From Felis catus (taxonomy: Eukaryota): DNA of 64,000 nt. A program made the translations under genes and the position numbers. This document shows, piece by piece, positions 48,061 through 60,015 of this stretch. Where the stretch lies: NCBI RefSeq assembly GCF_018350175.1, contig NC_058368.1, positions 175,586,001-175,650,000 on the forward strand, in the 5' to 3' direction. Numbering within the stretch: position 1 is the stretch's first letter; every line of letters starts with the position of its first letter. The notes beneath the pieces are model-generated. The model saw only the letters and a list, made by a program, of their open reading frames with translations. It did not search any database and was not told where the DNA came from.

Positions 48061-48414
48061 GATTCTTAACTAGTGCCGTATTAACACAGCAATGCCTGGG
48101 GGAAGGGTGGTCCTTTCTTAATGGAGCATATCCAGCAGGGAACACAGACAATACCTAACTCCGGGTGTTCTGAGCGTGTAAAGACCAAGGCATTAAGGGA
48201 TATAGATGGGAGAGCCTAGTATGTGACCCCAAGGAGGAAAAAAAAAGATGAAGTTCCACACCCTGACACTGAGAAGCTCACGAAGTATAAAAAAGTAGCT
48301 AACCTTACTAATTAAAGGGACTTAAACTCAATTTACACCCTCACATGGGAAAGTCTCATGGTCTTAATGTACCCAGAGCAGACTAAATAAACGTTTTAGA
48401 TTTCCAAAGCAAAA

Positions 48415-48600
48415 TAATGATGATGATGATGATAGCTATGTTTTACTGAGTGCTTACCCTGTGCTAGAAACTATGCTGAAAGCTTGGCACACATTACGTT
48501 ATTGAATCTTTGCAACAAGCTTGCAATGTAAGTACTATTATTATCCTGCTTTTACAGATGAGGAAACCCAGGCCCAGGGAGATGAGCTCATTTGCCAAAC
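48415..48600 (-). mobile_element. MIR (many further MIR fragments occur window-wide and are not all listed)
   Basis: TTTTACTGAGTGCTTAC..TTTTACAGATGAGGAAACCCAGGCCCAG. Confidence 0.85.
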
Positions 48601-48964
48601 TCTCAGGCCTGTGCCCCTGAGAGCACACCCACCCCTACCCTTGGCCACACCCACTCCTACCCTTGGCCCTGCCCTTCTCCTCCTCTGGCCAATGGGTGAA
48701 GCAGGCTAGAGGAGAGGCTGCGTGGGCCACGCCCCATCCCCAGAAGTGGAGCCTTTGCCACTGACCCAGGCACCGGCGGATTTCAACACTGATTTCTCCA
48801 TCTTCCTTTCCACCATGTGACCCGCTGGCCTTGTGATGAGGGGACAGTCGGAGAGAGGGGGTAAGGGGGCTGAGATGCGTAAGGGGAGAGACCTCACCTC
48901 TCACCTGCACTGCCGCACCGCCTCCCACCGCTGCCTCTGCGTCCCCTGGCCATCTCCGTGCCAC

Positions 48965-49520
48965 ACAGCAGCCTGAGTGGTCTCTTAAAGATGTCAGCTG
49001 GATTAGGTCACTCCCACAGCTACAATCTTTCTGTAGTTTCCCTCTGCTCCTAAAATGAAAGCTGCCCTCCCTCCCCTAGCTTCCAAAGTCCCTGCCCATC
49101 TTGCCCACAATGGTGGTGCAGCCAAGCCGGCCAAGCCTATCTCTTCTCTGCTCTGTGATCTGGCGTCCCTCCTCCAGAAGGGCCTTCCCCAACCATCTCG
49201 GGTAAATTAGTCCACCTCTTCCCTGTAGCAACCTATCACACAACCTTTAAAAAAAAAATCATTCTTTTTTACTTGGGTAAAATTTAACATAAAAGGGTCA
49301 CATAAAAATTATTATTTTAACCATTTTTCGGTCTACTCTTCAGTGGTAGTAAGTCCTTTCCTTACCATTCCTTTGTTTGCTAACTTGTTTGCTACCTTTC
49401 TCCAGTAGTCTCCTTGGATATGGGAATCTTGTTTGGGTCATGAGTGTTATCACAGCGACTACAACAGTGTCCAGTTTATGGCAGGTGCTCCATCAGCATT
49501 TTAAAATGAATGAATGAATC
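48965..49520 (+). mobile_element. L2 3' fragment with a small L1 3'-end piece at ~49260-49360
   Basis: CACACAGCAGCCTGAGTGGTCT, CCTCCTCCAGAAGGGCCTTCCC, GGTGCTCCATCAGCATTTTAAAATGAATGAATG. Confidence 0.65.
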
Positions 49521-49578
49521 ACACTGCAGATGGGCCAGGCTGTTGGGCACAAGTCACTTCTAAAATGAGTACATATTT

Positions 49579-49792
49579 GGGGCGCCTGGGTGGCGCAGTC
49601 GGTTAAGCGTCCGACTTCAGCCAGGTCACGATCTCGCGGTCCGTGAGTTCGAGCCCCGCGTCGGGCTCTGGGCTGATGGCTCAGAGCCTGGAGCCTGTTT
49701 CCGATTCTGTGTCTCCCTCTCTCTCTGCCCCTCCCCCGTTCATGCTCTGTCTCTCTCTGTCCCAAAAATAAATACACGTTGAAAAAAAAAAT
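49579..49792 (+). mobile_element. young CAN-SINE (SINEC_Fc)
   Basis: Full length; 18-bp TSD taaaatgagtacatattt at 49561-49578 and 49793-49810. Confidence 0.98.
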
Positions 49793-50473
49793 TAAAATGA
49801 GTACATATTTGAAACACTAAAATGCTGACAGACACTCGCAGATATTATTTTTAAATTTGTCCCTGTTTAAAATCAAAATTTAATACAAAATTCATGAAAG
49901 TAACATGTACATCGCAGTCCTTGGAAATGAACTTGTCTGCACAATCAGCAAAGCATCAGGAAGTTGGAGATGGAGGTTAAATAAAGAGAGAAATCAGTAA
50001 GTGTTCACTGATCTGTCCGTGTGTCTGGACTGCTGAAGTCTGATAAGGGGAAGGTCTGGGGTGTCCTGGGACAAGGACCCAGTCTCCCCATTCCCCCAGG
50101 GAGCCCTAACTACTGGCCGTGATCACCAGCACTGTTGTGAAGGGGGAGGAGTATTTCAGGAAACAGAGCAGCCCCTTAAGTCCCATTGAAACAATAGCAT
50201 GAGCGCAGCAAAGTTGGGGGAAAGGCCAGGACTCCTACATTAAGCCTGCTGCCTTTCCTAGTTGGGACTCAAACTCTGTCACTTGTTCCCTTTGCTATTC
50301 ATGTCTTCTTCCTCATATTTTCCAAGCCAACCATAGATTCAATCTCCTGTACATCCTGTCCTGTGTTCATGTTGGGGGGCGGGGGGGGGCGGTGAGGGAG
50401 AGAATGTATGGTATGCATGCATGTATACGTGTGTGTATGTGGGTGCGTATATGTTCATAAGTGTATGTATGCC

Positions 50474-51520
50474 TGTGATCATTGTGATTTGCAATGACAA
50501 ATATATATCCTGTCTTCATCCCTGTTTCTGGCATAGCACTCCTAAAACTCTTGGAGTTTCTTAAGTGAAAGGAGTGATAAAGATTTTTGTTATCCATAAC
50601 AAGCCCCTTTCAACTACACCTAAGTTTGTTAATAAGGTAACTTCTGGAAAGCCCCTAAGGATGGGAGCTAGTTGCCTGGTAGCCTGGGAGCTAAATCGTG
50701 ATTATAGGGTTGGAACCTCTGACCTCTTGGGAGGGAAGAGGGATGGAGGGAGGTTGAATCAATCATTCATGGCCAGTGATTTAATCAAGTCCTCCTATGT
50801 AAGGAAGCCTCCATAAAAACCCGCAAGACAGGGGCGCCTGGGTGGCGCAGTCGGTTAAGCGTCCGACTTCAGCCAGGTCACGATCTCGCGGTCCGTGAGT
50901 TCGAGCCCCGCGTCAGGCTCTGGGCTGATGGCTCAGAGCCTGGAGCCTGTTTCCGATTCTGTGTCTCCCTCTCTCTCTGCCCCTCCCCCGTTCATGCTCT
51001 GTCTCTCTCTGTCCCAAAAATAAATAAATGTTGAAAAAAAAAAAATTTAAAAAAAAAAAAAAAAAAAACCCGCAAGACAGAGTCCTGGAGGGCTTCCGGG
51101 CTCGTGAACACATGGAGATCTGGGAAGAGTGGTGTCGTCCAGAGAGCACGGAGGTTCCTCGCTCCTTCCCCCACACCTTGCCCTGTGCATGTCTTACATC
51201 TGTTCTTGAGTTATATCCCTTTATAAGCAACTGGTAACGTAGTAAGTGAATAGTTCTCTTGAGTTCTGTGAGCCCCACTAGAAGATTAATCAAACCCAAG
51301 GAGGGGTTGGTGGGAACCTCTGACTTACAGCCTGTCCACCAGAAGCACAGTGACAACCTGGCCTTGCAAATGACATCTGAAGTGGGGGACGGTCTTGTGG
51401 GACTGAGCCCTAGCCTCTGCGATTCTAGGTAGATAGTGTCAGAACTGAGTGAAATTGTAGGGCACCCAGTCAGTGCTCACTAAGAACTGAGTTAATTGCC
51501 TACTGGTGTCAGAAAAGGCA
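50474..51520 (+). mobile_element. MER21-like LTR (interrupted by SINE)
   Basis: CTCCTAAAACTCTTGGA, GTGATTATAGGGTTGGAAC, GAAGCCTCCATAAAAACCC, TGAGTTCTGTGAGCC, GTCTTGTGGGACTGAGCCCT, GTAGATAGTGTCAGAA. Confidence 0.85.
50831..51063 (+). mobile_element. young CAN-SINE (SINEC_Fc) nested in MER21-like LTR
   Basis: Full length, long A tail; TSD aaaaacccgcaagaca on both sides. Confidence 0.98.
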
Positions 51521-51527
51521 CAGAAGA

Positions 51528-51528
<1 letters not shown>

Positions 51529-51559
<31 letters not shown>
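51529..51559. repeat. (TG)n microsatellite between two LTRs
   Basis: Direct reading. Confidence 0.95.
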
Positions 51560-51562
<3 letters not shown>

Positions 51563-51574
51563 CACACATATGTG

Positions 51575-52083
51575 TATGGGGGAGCAAAACCTTTCTTGCC
51601 TTCTAGGTTCTTTGGCTAGTCTAACAATTCAATAATGAATAATTAATAAAATAATTACCAATTAAATTGACGTAAGAGCGATTAACAGGAAAAAACAAAT
51701 TTAATTTCATACGTAAGGAAGCTCACAAAAATATGAGACTCCAAGAAGGGACAAAACAGCTAGCTTTTAGACAAAGAAACAATACATTTGTGAAGAATTG
51801 ACAAAACAAATAAATCTGGGGTCGGGATAGTAAATTAGTGAAGAAGGGACATGGTTTGTTTATACAGCTTTCCTGCCCTAAATTCCCTATCTCTAGTGAT
51901 AAGGTCTTCTCTCCTCGTACAGGGAGCATCCCCCTCACATGGGAAATTTAGTTCCGGCTTTCCAGGGACAAAGGAGAGTCATTGTGTCCTTTTTGCCCTG
52001 GTTGTTTCTTAAGTAACTTTAATTCAAGATAATCAATATGCCAAAGTCGCATATTTTGGGGTGGCCCGGCTTGAACCCTATCA
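51575..52083 (-). mobile_element. MER34/MER39-like ERV1 solo LTR
   Basis: GATTAACAGGAAAAAAC, TTCAAGATAATCAATATGCCAAAGT..CATATTTTGGGGTGGC, ends TCA. Confidence 0.75.
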
Positions 52084-52903
52084 GTCCCCATGTGTGGGCA
52101 TGTTTTAACTGCATGATCTTTGGACTCAGAGCTGGATTCACTTCCGATTAGACTGTGCCACTCATATGCTATGGGATATTGGATAAACTCACTTTTGATT
52201 GGCTACAGCCTCTGAACCTCTGTTTTGTGGCCAGTAAGAACAGATAACTAAATGTGAATAAAGTGACCCAGCGTCTCCCAGCACTCCACAAGAATGAGGC
52301 TGGTGCTTTCGTTCTTTTTACTTTATTACTCAAACTCCTGACCGAGATTTTCGTTCTCAGCCACCTCTTCGGCTCAAGAAACTACACCCTGCTTTTATTC
52401 AGACAGGTGTGGAGTGCGAAGAGGGACGATTAATCATAGGGATGAGAGAGAGTCTTACATCCTGAGCACAGAGCAGGGTGGAACGGGGCCTAGCTCTCCT
52501 GTGCCTTATTTCCGTGCCCCCACTGAATCATCACGTCAGCCCTGTGAGGTTGGTTTAACAGTGCCCAGTTTACAGAGGAGACACTTGAGGCTCAGAGAAT
52601 AAAGGGAGGAGCTGGCACTCGGACCTAGGCCTAGACACTTGAGGGCCGCTGTCCCTGCACTCCGTGACACCGAAGGACGGCTCCAGAGTCGGCCCATGAG
52701 GCTGCTGGGGAGACTGTCTCAGGCAGAGGACACAGGCAACCAAAGACAGGGGAGACAGGGCAAGTACGTGCGTGATTCCGAGGCACAGTGAATGTGAGCA
52801 GGGCAAGGCCAGGGACCGAGGCGAGAAAAGCAAGCGAGGACCGTACGAGGCCTTGAGAGCCACAGTGAGGAGTGTGGGATTGATCTCAAGGCTGGGGGTT
52901 TTA

Positions 52904-53125
52904 TTTTATTTATTTTTTTTCAACGTTTTTATTTATTTTTGGGACAGAGAGAGACAGAGCATGAACGGGGGAGGGGCAGAGAGAGAGGGAGACGCAGAAT
53001 CGGAAACAGGCTCCAGGCTCCGAGCCATCAGCCCAGAGCCTGACGCGGGGCTCGAACTCACGGACCGTGAGATCGTGACCTGGCTGAAGTTGGACGCTTA
53101 ACCGACTGCGCCACCCAGGCGCCCC
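52904..53125 (-). mobile_element. young CAN-SINE (SINEC_Fc)
   Basis: TSD aaggctgggggtttta at 52888-52903 and 53126-53141. Confidence 0.98.
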
Positions 53126-56100
53126 AAGGCTGGGGGTTTTAAACAAGGACATGAGAAGGCCAAGGCTGAGCTTAAACAGAGTGATGAGCTTCTCCAGGGA
53201 AGGACGGCAGTGGTCTGGGCTGGGAAGGGTGTCTCTGGGAAGTGCGTCTGAGGAGGCGACGCTCCATCAGGATCCTCATGCTGACCACACCCGCCAAAGC
53301 ACCCCCTTCTCTTGGAAGTTGGGCAGGGGGGCTTGGGACGCATCGGCTGCCTCCCCACGTCTCGCCACTCAGAGCCTGTGCTGCAGGCGGGAACTCCAGG
53401 AACCCGCATAGGTGTCAGTGGATGGTCTAAGTACGGTGGCCACCAGGTCCTCCTGGAGAAGGAAGGTCACCAGAAGCCGTGGTGCCACGGCCCTTAGGAG
53501 CACACGTTAGCAGAACGTCAGGATAACCCGGCTGTCACTTGCTATCGTGTGCCCCTCTACCAATGCCACCTTCCTCCAGCAAACCTCCTGGCTACCTCCA
53601 GGTAGCCAGCCCATGCTAGAAAGCGATGACACTCGGGGACAGGCCACCTCCCTGGCTGGGTATGTTAACAGCCTGAGCTTGAGGTTACGATGCTGCAGGA
53701 AGAGAGAAAGAGCCAGGTTCCTCTGAGTGCAGTGAGAAGAGGGGAGGGCGAGGGGTAAGGCTGGCAGTGTCAGTAAAGGTGGCCTGGTGGCACATTGAGC
53801 TGACGGAGGCCAGACCTTGGCGTAGTCGTGACAGTAATGCCCGCCTTCTGGGGACCATGCAGGGGGACAAGGAGGACGTTAGCAGTAGCCGTGGCTGGAA
53901 GGTTGGGCTGAAGCGTCCCAGACTGTGGGCTGCCCCGAAGGAGACCGAGTTAGACTTAGAAGAAACAAAACGGAACAGGTATTGCACTCCGTTTCATTTA
54001 CGGAGGGGGCTACGTATCCTCATGACATTTATTCATCGGCAGGCTGAGGTCTCCGTCGAGAATTGCCTGGTTGCTAGGAACGGACTTTTAATCGGAAAAG
54101 TTCACAAAAAGGGGGACTGGTCATCGAGACACAGAGCAATCTCACAGGCTCCTGCTTCTCTCTGATCACATACCCGCCGCCATCTTCAAGCTCTGGTCCA
54201 GCTCTCTACAACCTCCTGGGGAGGCGTAGCGTGAAATCGCGAAATGATAAAGGCCCAAGTCGCGTCCTATTTGTGGAACTTTGTTACTGTGTTTGCCACC
54301 TGAGTAACATTGCAGACACGTTCTCGGTCCACGTCCCTCCTTCTCCCTCCAGCCGCTAAATATAGCCAACGTATCCATATTATTGATTAGAGGCCATAAT
54401 GAAGACCTCTTCAAATAATGGATGGGTTTAACGGCAGATACGCACTCAGATGATCTCAATGGAGGGGGCTTCTCGGTAAACAAAACCCATGTGTGAGTCA
54501 GTTCGTAAATTCTTTGTCTTTTATGCTGCTTCCAGGAAATACTGTTCCAGAATTGGGAGAACTTATTTGGAATTTCCTACTGGTATTTCAGTACACAGTT
54601 TATCACATCTGCATGAACAAAATAACGTGGTTTCTTCTACACATATATTACGGCTATTTTCAACATATGTACGATGGGAAATTTTTTTCCTAATTTTTTT
54701 TTCTTAGAAAACTGGGATGTATACCCACCAGCAGCATGCTATAACCTGAAAAATATGGCATCTCACCGAAACTCAGCGTTCCCATCTGCAAAATGGGGAT
54801 ACTAATACAGTCTACCCCGCATGTGAGATGTGAGAAGGAAATGAAATGCACAGGAGACTAAATGTCCAACAAAAATTAGTTACTCTTCCCATAAACATTG
54901 CGGCTAGGGACTAACACTATCTGATTGATCCAGGGTCTGGCTCTCTTGGTCTAGATTCTCCAAAGGATTGCTCTGATTGCTACGTAGCTTGTCCCTACGG
55001 GGCCAGGAATCTTCTAGAATCTGGTTCGATTAGTTCGGCCAGGAAAGAAGGGTCGTGTGGCATAAATGTGGCCACCTAGGCCAACCATGTGGCGGGCTGG
55101 GGGAGAGGATGATTGCCAAGAAACTGGGTGGGTAGGTTTGCAATAACACGTGTGTCTGGAATCAACAATGAGAGGGTTTAGAGTCCAGGGCTAAAAAAAG
55201 GCAATCGAGATGATTCTGGCCCAGTCACTCCAGTTTTGCATATTTGGAAAACAAGGCTCTAAGAAACATAGTCACCACCTGAAGTCACACAGGGAATTGG
55301 AGACAGAGGCTACTCCAGAAAACAGTTCTCTTTCCGCCCTGGGTCCTATCCAATGGCACAGGCAGCCTGGCGGACCTGGAGGGGAGCCTGCTGCTGATCC
55401 TCCCACCACACCACCTGCCAGGTTCTTCCTCAGAGCCCGTGAGTTCAACGGTGTCACAGCTTCATCCTGTCAACAGCCTAGAATCCCAGACTCAGGAAGT
55501 GCTCAGTCTCCTAGCCTTCTGCTGCCCAACCCCGGCCACCTATCCAGCCAGATTCTACCCATTCCATCCAGCGAAACAGGTCCGGTTGCAAACATATCCT
55601 TTCCTCTGCACCTCGGCTCAGTGAGCAGCTGGCTTTACCTGGAATGTTCCCCTCCCTGCCCATCTGAGTTCCACAGGCCCTGCTGCGGGCCACGGCCTCT
55701 GGGCAGCCTTCTCTAATGCACACACCACTACACCCCTACCTCCCAATTTCTGTGTCTTTTTCTCCCTCTGAAGTCAACAGACCACTGCCTGCCCCATCCA
55801 TGGGGCGCAAAGTTATATACTGCTTGCTAATTTCAACTCTCTTATACATTCTCTCTTGAGGTTTAGAAACTTTGCCTTAAATGTTTTGCATCAACAAAGC
55901 ACTCAATGTTGTGCTGGTGTTTCGATGGTGCTCAGTAAACATTTGTTGAAGGCATGAGTGAGTGAATGAGCAATGAATGATGGGTGTGGCTGGCAGTGGG
56001 GGTTCCTCCTGTCCCTCAGAATCCTGTGGTTGGGCCACCAGCAGCCTTCCTGGTCCCCAGATTCCTGGGACAGGCGATGAGGGCCCCAGCTGTCACCAGT

Positions 56101-58004
56101 GACAGCAGCCCATCACGGAGGACTCACTGGGGTAGGTCAGGCTGGAGGGTCCCTACTGACCGTTGCTTACAAAGTCTCACAATGACTCTGTTATCACTCC
56201 CTTTTCACCAAGGAGGAAGCTGAGACTCAGAGATGGAACTGATTTGCTGGGGAGGGGGGGGTCACATGGCAATTTGCACCTGACTGGGGAAGCAGACTGG
56301 GGTGAGGCTGACCCCACAGCCTGTGCTCAAACCACCGACCTCATGCAAAGGCCATGTGCAAACTGGGCCCCCAGGATGCAAATGAGCAGGTCACACCCCT
56401 GACTTCCAGGGGCACCTCACGGGCCTGGTGGGCTATGGCTGGAGACGAACCCTAAGGAGACCATTGAAACCCAGGGTCGTATGTGCCCACCAGGACAGAC
56501 ACTTAACGGGGGTCATGGGAGCATCAAGGAATGCACCTAAACCAAAGGAAGCAAGGAACCCTCTCTGCGTAGCCAAATCTCTGGTCTCTTTGACCTTCAA
56601 CCTTCCCTATTAGCCAGGTGGGATGAAGATCATTAAATCAGATTTACAGGATGGCAACCTTAGAGTCAGAGAGGTAGGTGACTGGTCCGAAGCCAGTCAG
56701 ACATCAGTTGGGGAACCTTCTTTCTCAGGCTTCTCTTTGACTAACCACCTCTCTTTCCACAGTCCTGCAGGGAGATCCTGTTCCCGAGCTCTTGGTTCCC
56801 AAACACCCTTTTTTATCTGGCTTCCCAGCCTTTGTGCAAGCTGTTGCCCCCGCCTGAATGCCCTTTCCCCACCCCGAATTTTCCAAGGCTCCTTCCTGGT
56901 GCTCTGCAGGGCCCAGCCCAGATCTCACTTCCTTTCAAAACTTCTCCAGTTCTCGTTTAATCTAAATGAATCCCTCCATCTACCCCAAAGAATCTCTCCC
57001 TATATCAGGTGCTAATTTAATACCTCTTTAAATAAGAGCACAAGCGTCTGGCCCAATGCCTGGCACTTCGGAGAGACTCAGACCACATTCCCTGGAAAGA
57101 TATGGTGTTCAGCAAATTCGGTGGAATGAAGGTGTGAAGGACTGAATGAACAAACGAACTGCCCTCTTGCCTGGCCTTCATGGCTGTTGACAGGGTTCAT
57201 TTCAGCACAATGACCTACAAAGTTCCCAGCACAGAGCCTGGCACATAGCAGGTGCCTGGAACATGACCACTGGCATTGGTTTGAAGCAATGCTGTCTCCT
57301 AGGCCATACTCGGCCGGCACAGCTAGGCTTCCTGATGGGGCAGACGTCAACACAAAGGCCCGAACAGGCCCGGTGCCAGGGAGCTGCCCGCTGATCTCCA
57401 GAAAGGAGCAAAGTCTGCCGCCCCACCCGCCCATCCTCAGTCCTGCCAGCTCAGCGACTGTGCACACCGGCCCTGGCCTCCTGGGGAAGAAAGAGAAGGA
57501 GGGAAAAATCAGGTTTAACCAGATGGCCAAGCTGTTCTTTTACTCAGCACTTGTGGAGCCCTGGGGCTGGGGTCACAGGTGTGGCTGCGAAGCAGGCCAG
57601 GGCAGCTTATGGTGAAGGGCACCGGACCTGAATCTGGGTTCAGATTCTGACCTTGTGGGTATCAGTTGTTGCGACCCTGGACAAGGCCGCTCCCTAAGGC
57701 TGAGATTCCTCACCTGTAAAATGCAGTAACAATCGGCCGCCACAGGTTATTCTGCAGACAAATACTGACTTGAGACATGTTCTTACCCTTCTACGGCACA
57801 GTAAGAAAAATAGTGACAAAGAATACGTGGATATGAATATGTATGTCTACAACTGTATCGTGATAGATGATAGATAGGTAGATACGGATGTAATATATAT
57901 ACACATGTCCCAATAATAGGTTACCAGTTGCCCTCCTTGAAGAAGGATTGGCCTTTATTCCAAGATTTATCCTTACCGTATTTTTATTTTGTAGGTGAAA
58001 GGAT

Positions 58005-58395
58005 GATGGGCATTTGTGCTTACAATTCCCTCTGCCTAGAATACTCAGCCCCCCACCTACCCAAGACTCCCCCCCTCACCAGCTTCAGGACTCTACGTAG
58101 GTGTGTTTTCCTCAAGGACACCTTCCCTGACTACCCTTTTTAAAATGTTATCCACCCCACCCCCACCCCCCACCCCCCCGTGCGCCGTGTTCCCTTCCCC
58201 AACCTGTTTTTCCTTCATAGCACTAACCATCACCGGACCTAGTATTTATTTCCCGTTCTGGTGCATTGTCTGACTTTCCCCGTGACGGTGGGGATATTTG
58301 TGTATCTTCTTCACAGCTGGCTCTCAAGATCTGAAGCAATGCCTGGCACCTAGCAGGCTCTCAATAAATATTTGTCAAACGAATAAACCACTGAA
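58005..58395 (+). mobile_element. L2 3' fragment
   Basis: TTCCCTCTGCCTAGAATACTC, CCTTCCCTGACTACCC, GCAATGCCTGGCACCTAGCAGGCTCTCAATAAATATTTGTC. Confidence 0.75.
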
Positions 58396-58961
58396 TGGGT
58401 ATTTGTTTTTTAATGTCTTTCCTTGGTTTAAAAAAAAAAAAAAAGCGAGAAACTCATTTTCGGCTCCCCAAATTGGGCATTGGAAAGGACGGGATTTTAC
58501 TGGTCTAGGAAATCCTTAAATCGTTGAGAAAATGTATGTAAAAGTTTTGGCACAGGTCATGGCTGCTGGTAAAACTCACTAAATGGTAATAAATGATTCC
58601 CTTCCTCCTCCTTTTCCCCTCCCCCCATGCCCTCCCCTCCCCACCCCTCCCCTCTCTACTCCACTGGCCTTATCTATTCTCGCCAGGGCTGTCCCCAAGC
58701 TCCGAAACTCAAAGGAACCTTCTGTCCTCTCAATTTGCCTAATTCGCTTATTTTCTGTACAGATCCTGATTACAGACTGGCTTGGAAACACCGACAGGGC
58801 AGTAAACAGGCATAAAGAAGGGTCGGCTGCCCAGTTGGCCCAGAAGCCCGTATTGGCAGGCCTGGTCAAGATTTGACTACTTTTATGATCCTAGGTCACA
58901 AATGAAATAAATTAAAGGTTTCTGTTAGTTCGTTTGCTTCTTAGTTCTGGGCCTGCTCTTT

Positions 58962-59180
58962 TTTTTTTTTTTTCAACGTTTTTTTATTTATTTTGGGGAC
59001 AGAGAGAGACAGAGCATGAACTGGGGAGGGGCAGAGAGAGAGGGAGACACAGAATCGGAAACAGGCTCCAGGCTCCGAGCCACCAGCCCAGAGCCCGACG
59101 CGGGGCTCAAACTCACGGACCGCGAGATCGTGACCTGGCTGAAGTCGGACGCTTAACCGACTGCGCCACCCAGGCGCCCC
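58962..59180 (-). mobile_element. young CAN-SINE (SINEC_Fc)
   Basis: TSD tgggcctgctcttt at 58948-58961 and 59182-59195. Confidence 0.98.
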
Positions 59181-59869
59181 ATGGGCCTGCTCTTTAAGGA
59201 AGTCAAAGAGCTCAATTCCAAGGGTAACTGTGGACCTGGAGGTGCTGGCCCCAGGCAGGAAGGCCTAGACAAGCTGATGACTGGGACCCACAGGCCTGAG
59301 GAAGGGCAGGGTCAGTTTCAGGACCCTGGGTCGGAGCCAGAGGGAACCTCAGAGACTAAATAGACTGACTCTATCCTTTTGCAGTTGGGGAGACTGAGGC
59401 GCAGAGAGGTACCTTCTCATGTGAAAATAACAGAACCAAGAACTTCCTGACTCCCTGTCCTGCATCCTCTGACCACAGCAAGAGGGGCTCCAGCCCTGAG
59501 CCCTGGGCTTCAGAAGACCCCACTCTGGCCCTCTCCCCTGCCCAAGGAAGGAATCTGGGGGGGACGAGGGGTGTGTCCAGTTGGAGCCCACGCACCTCCC
59601 CTCCAGATGATGCCCCAGGTTCCCCAGATCCTGGGGTTCCTTGTTAAGTGTCTGAACCCACTTCCCAGGCCTTCATCCCATCCCATTTCACTCGTGTGGA
59701 CGGCACAGCCAGCAGGTGCTGTTGGCTGGGGGTTGGGGGGGATGTGTGGGCTCTCTGCCCAGAGGCGCCTTACAGTGCAGGAAAACACAGAATGAGGACA
59801 GCAGCTGGCAGGTGCTGGTATGGAACTCCAAGGTTGGGCCTAATTCCAGGTCATTAGGAAGCTCTGTCC

Positions 59870-60015
59870 TCTTAGGCAATAAAACACATTTTATTTAATA
59901 GTTTATTAGCTTGATTTATAACTTTTGAAATATTTAGGCTCTGGTTTGTAACTCTATCATGCGTGAGTCTGCGGCCCGGCGCAGCCCCTGCTGCCCTGTG
60001 CGGCCTCCGGCACGT
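59870..60015. mobile_element. second copy of the same old DNA-transposon-like fragment
   Basis: ATTTTATTTAATAGTTTATTAGCTTGATTTATAACTT, near-identical to 15134-15170. Confidence 0.5.
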
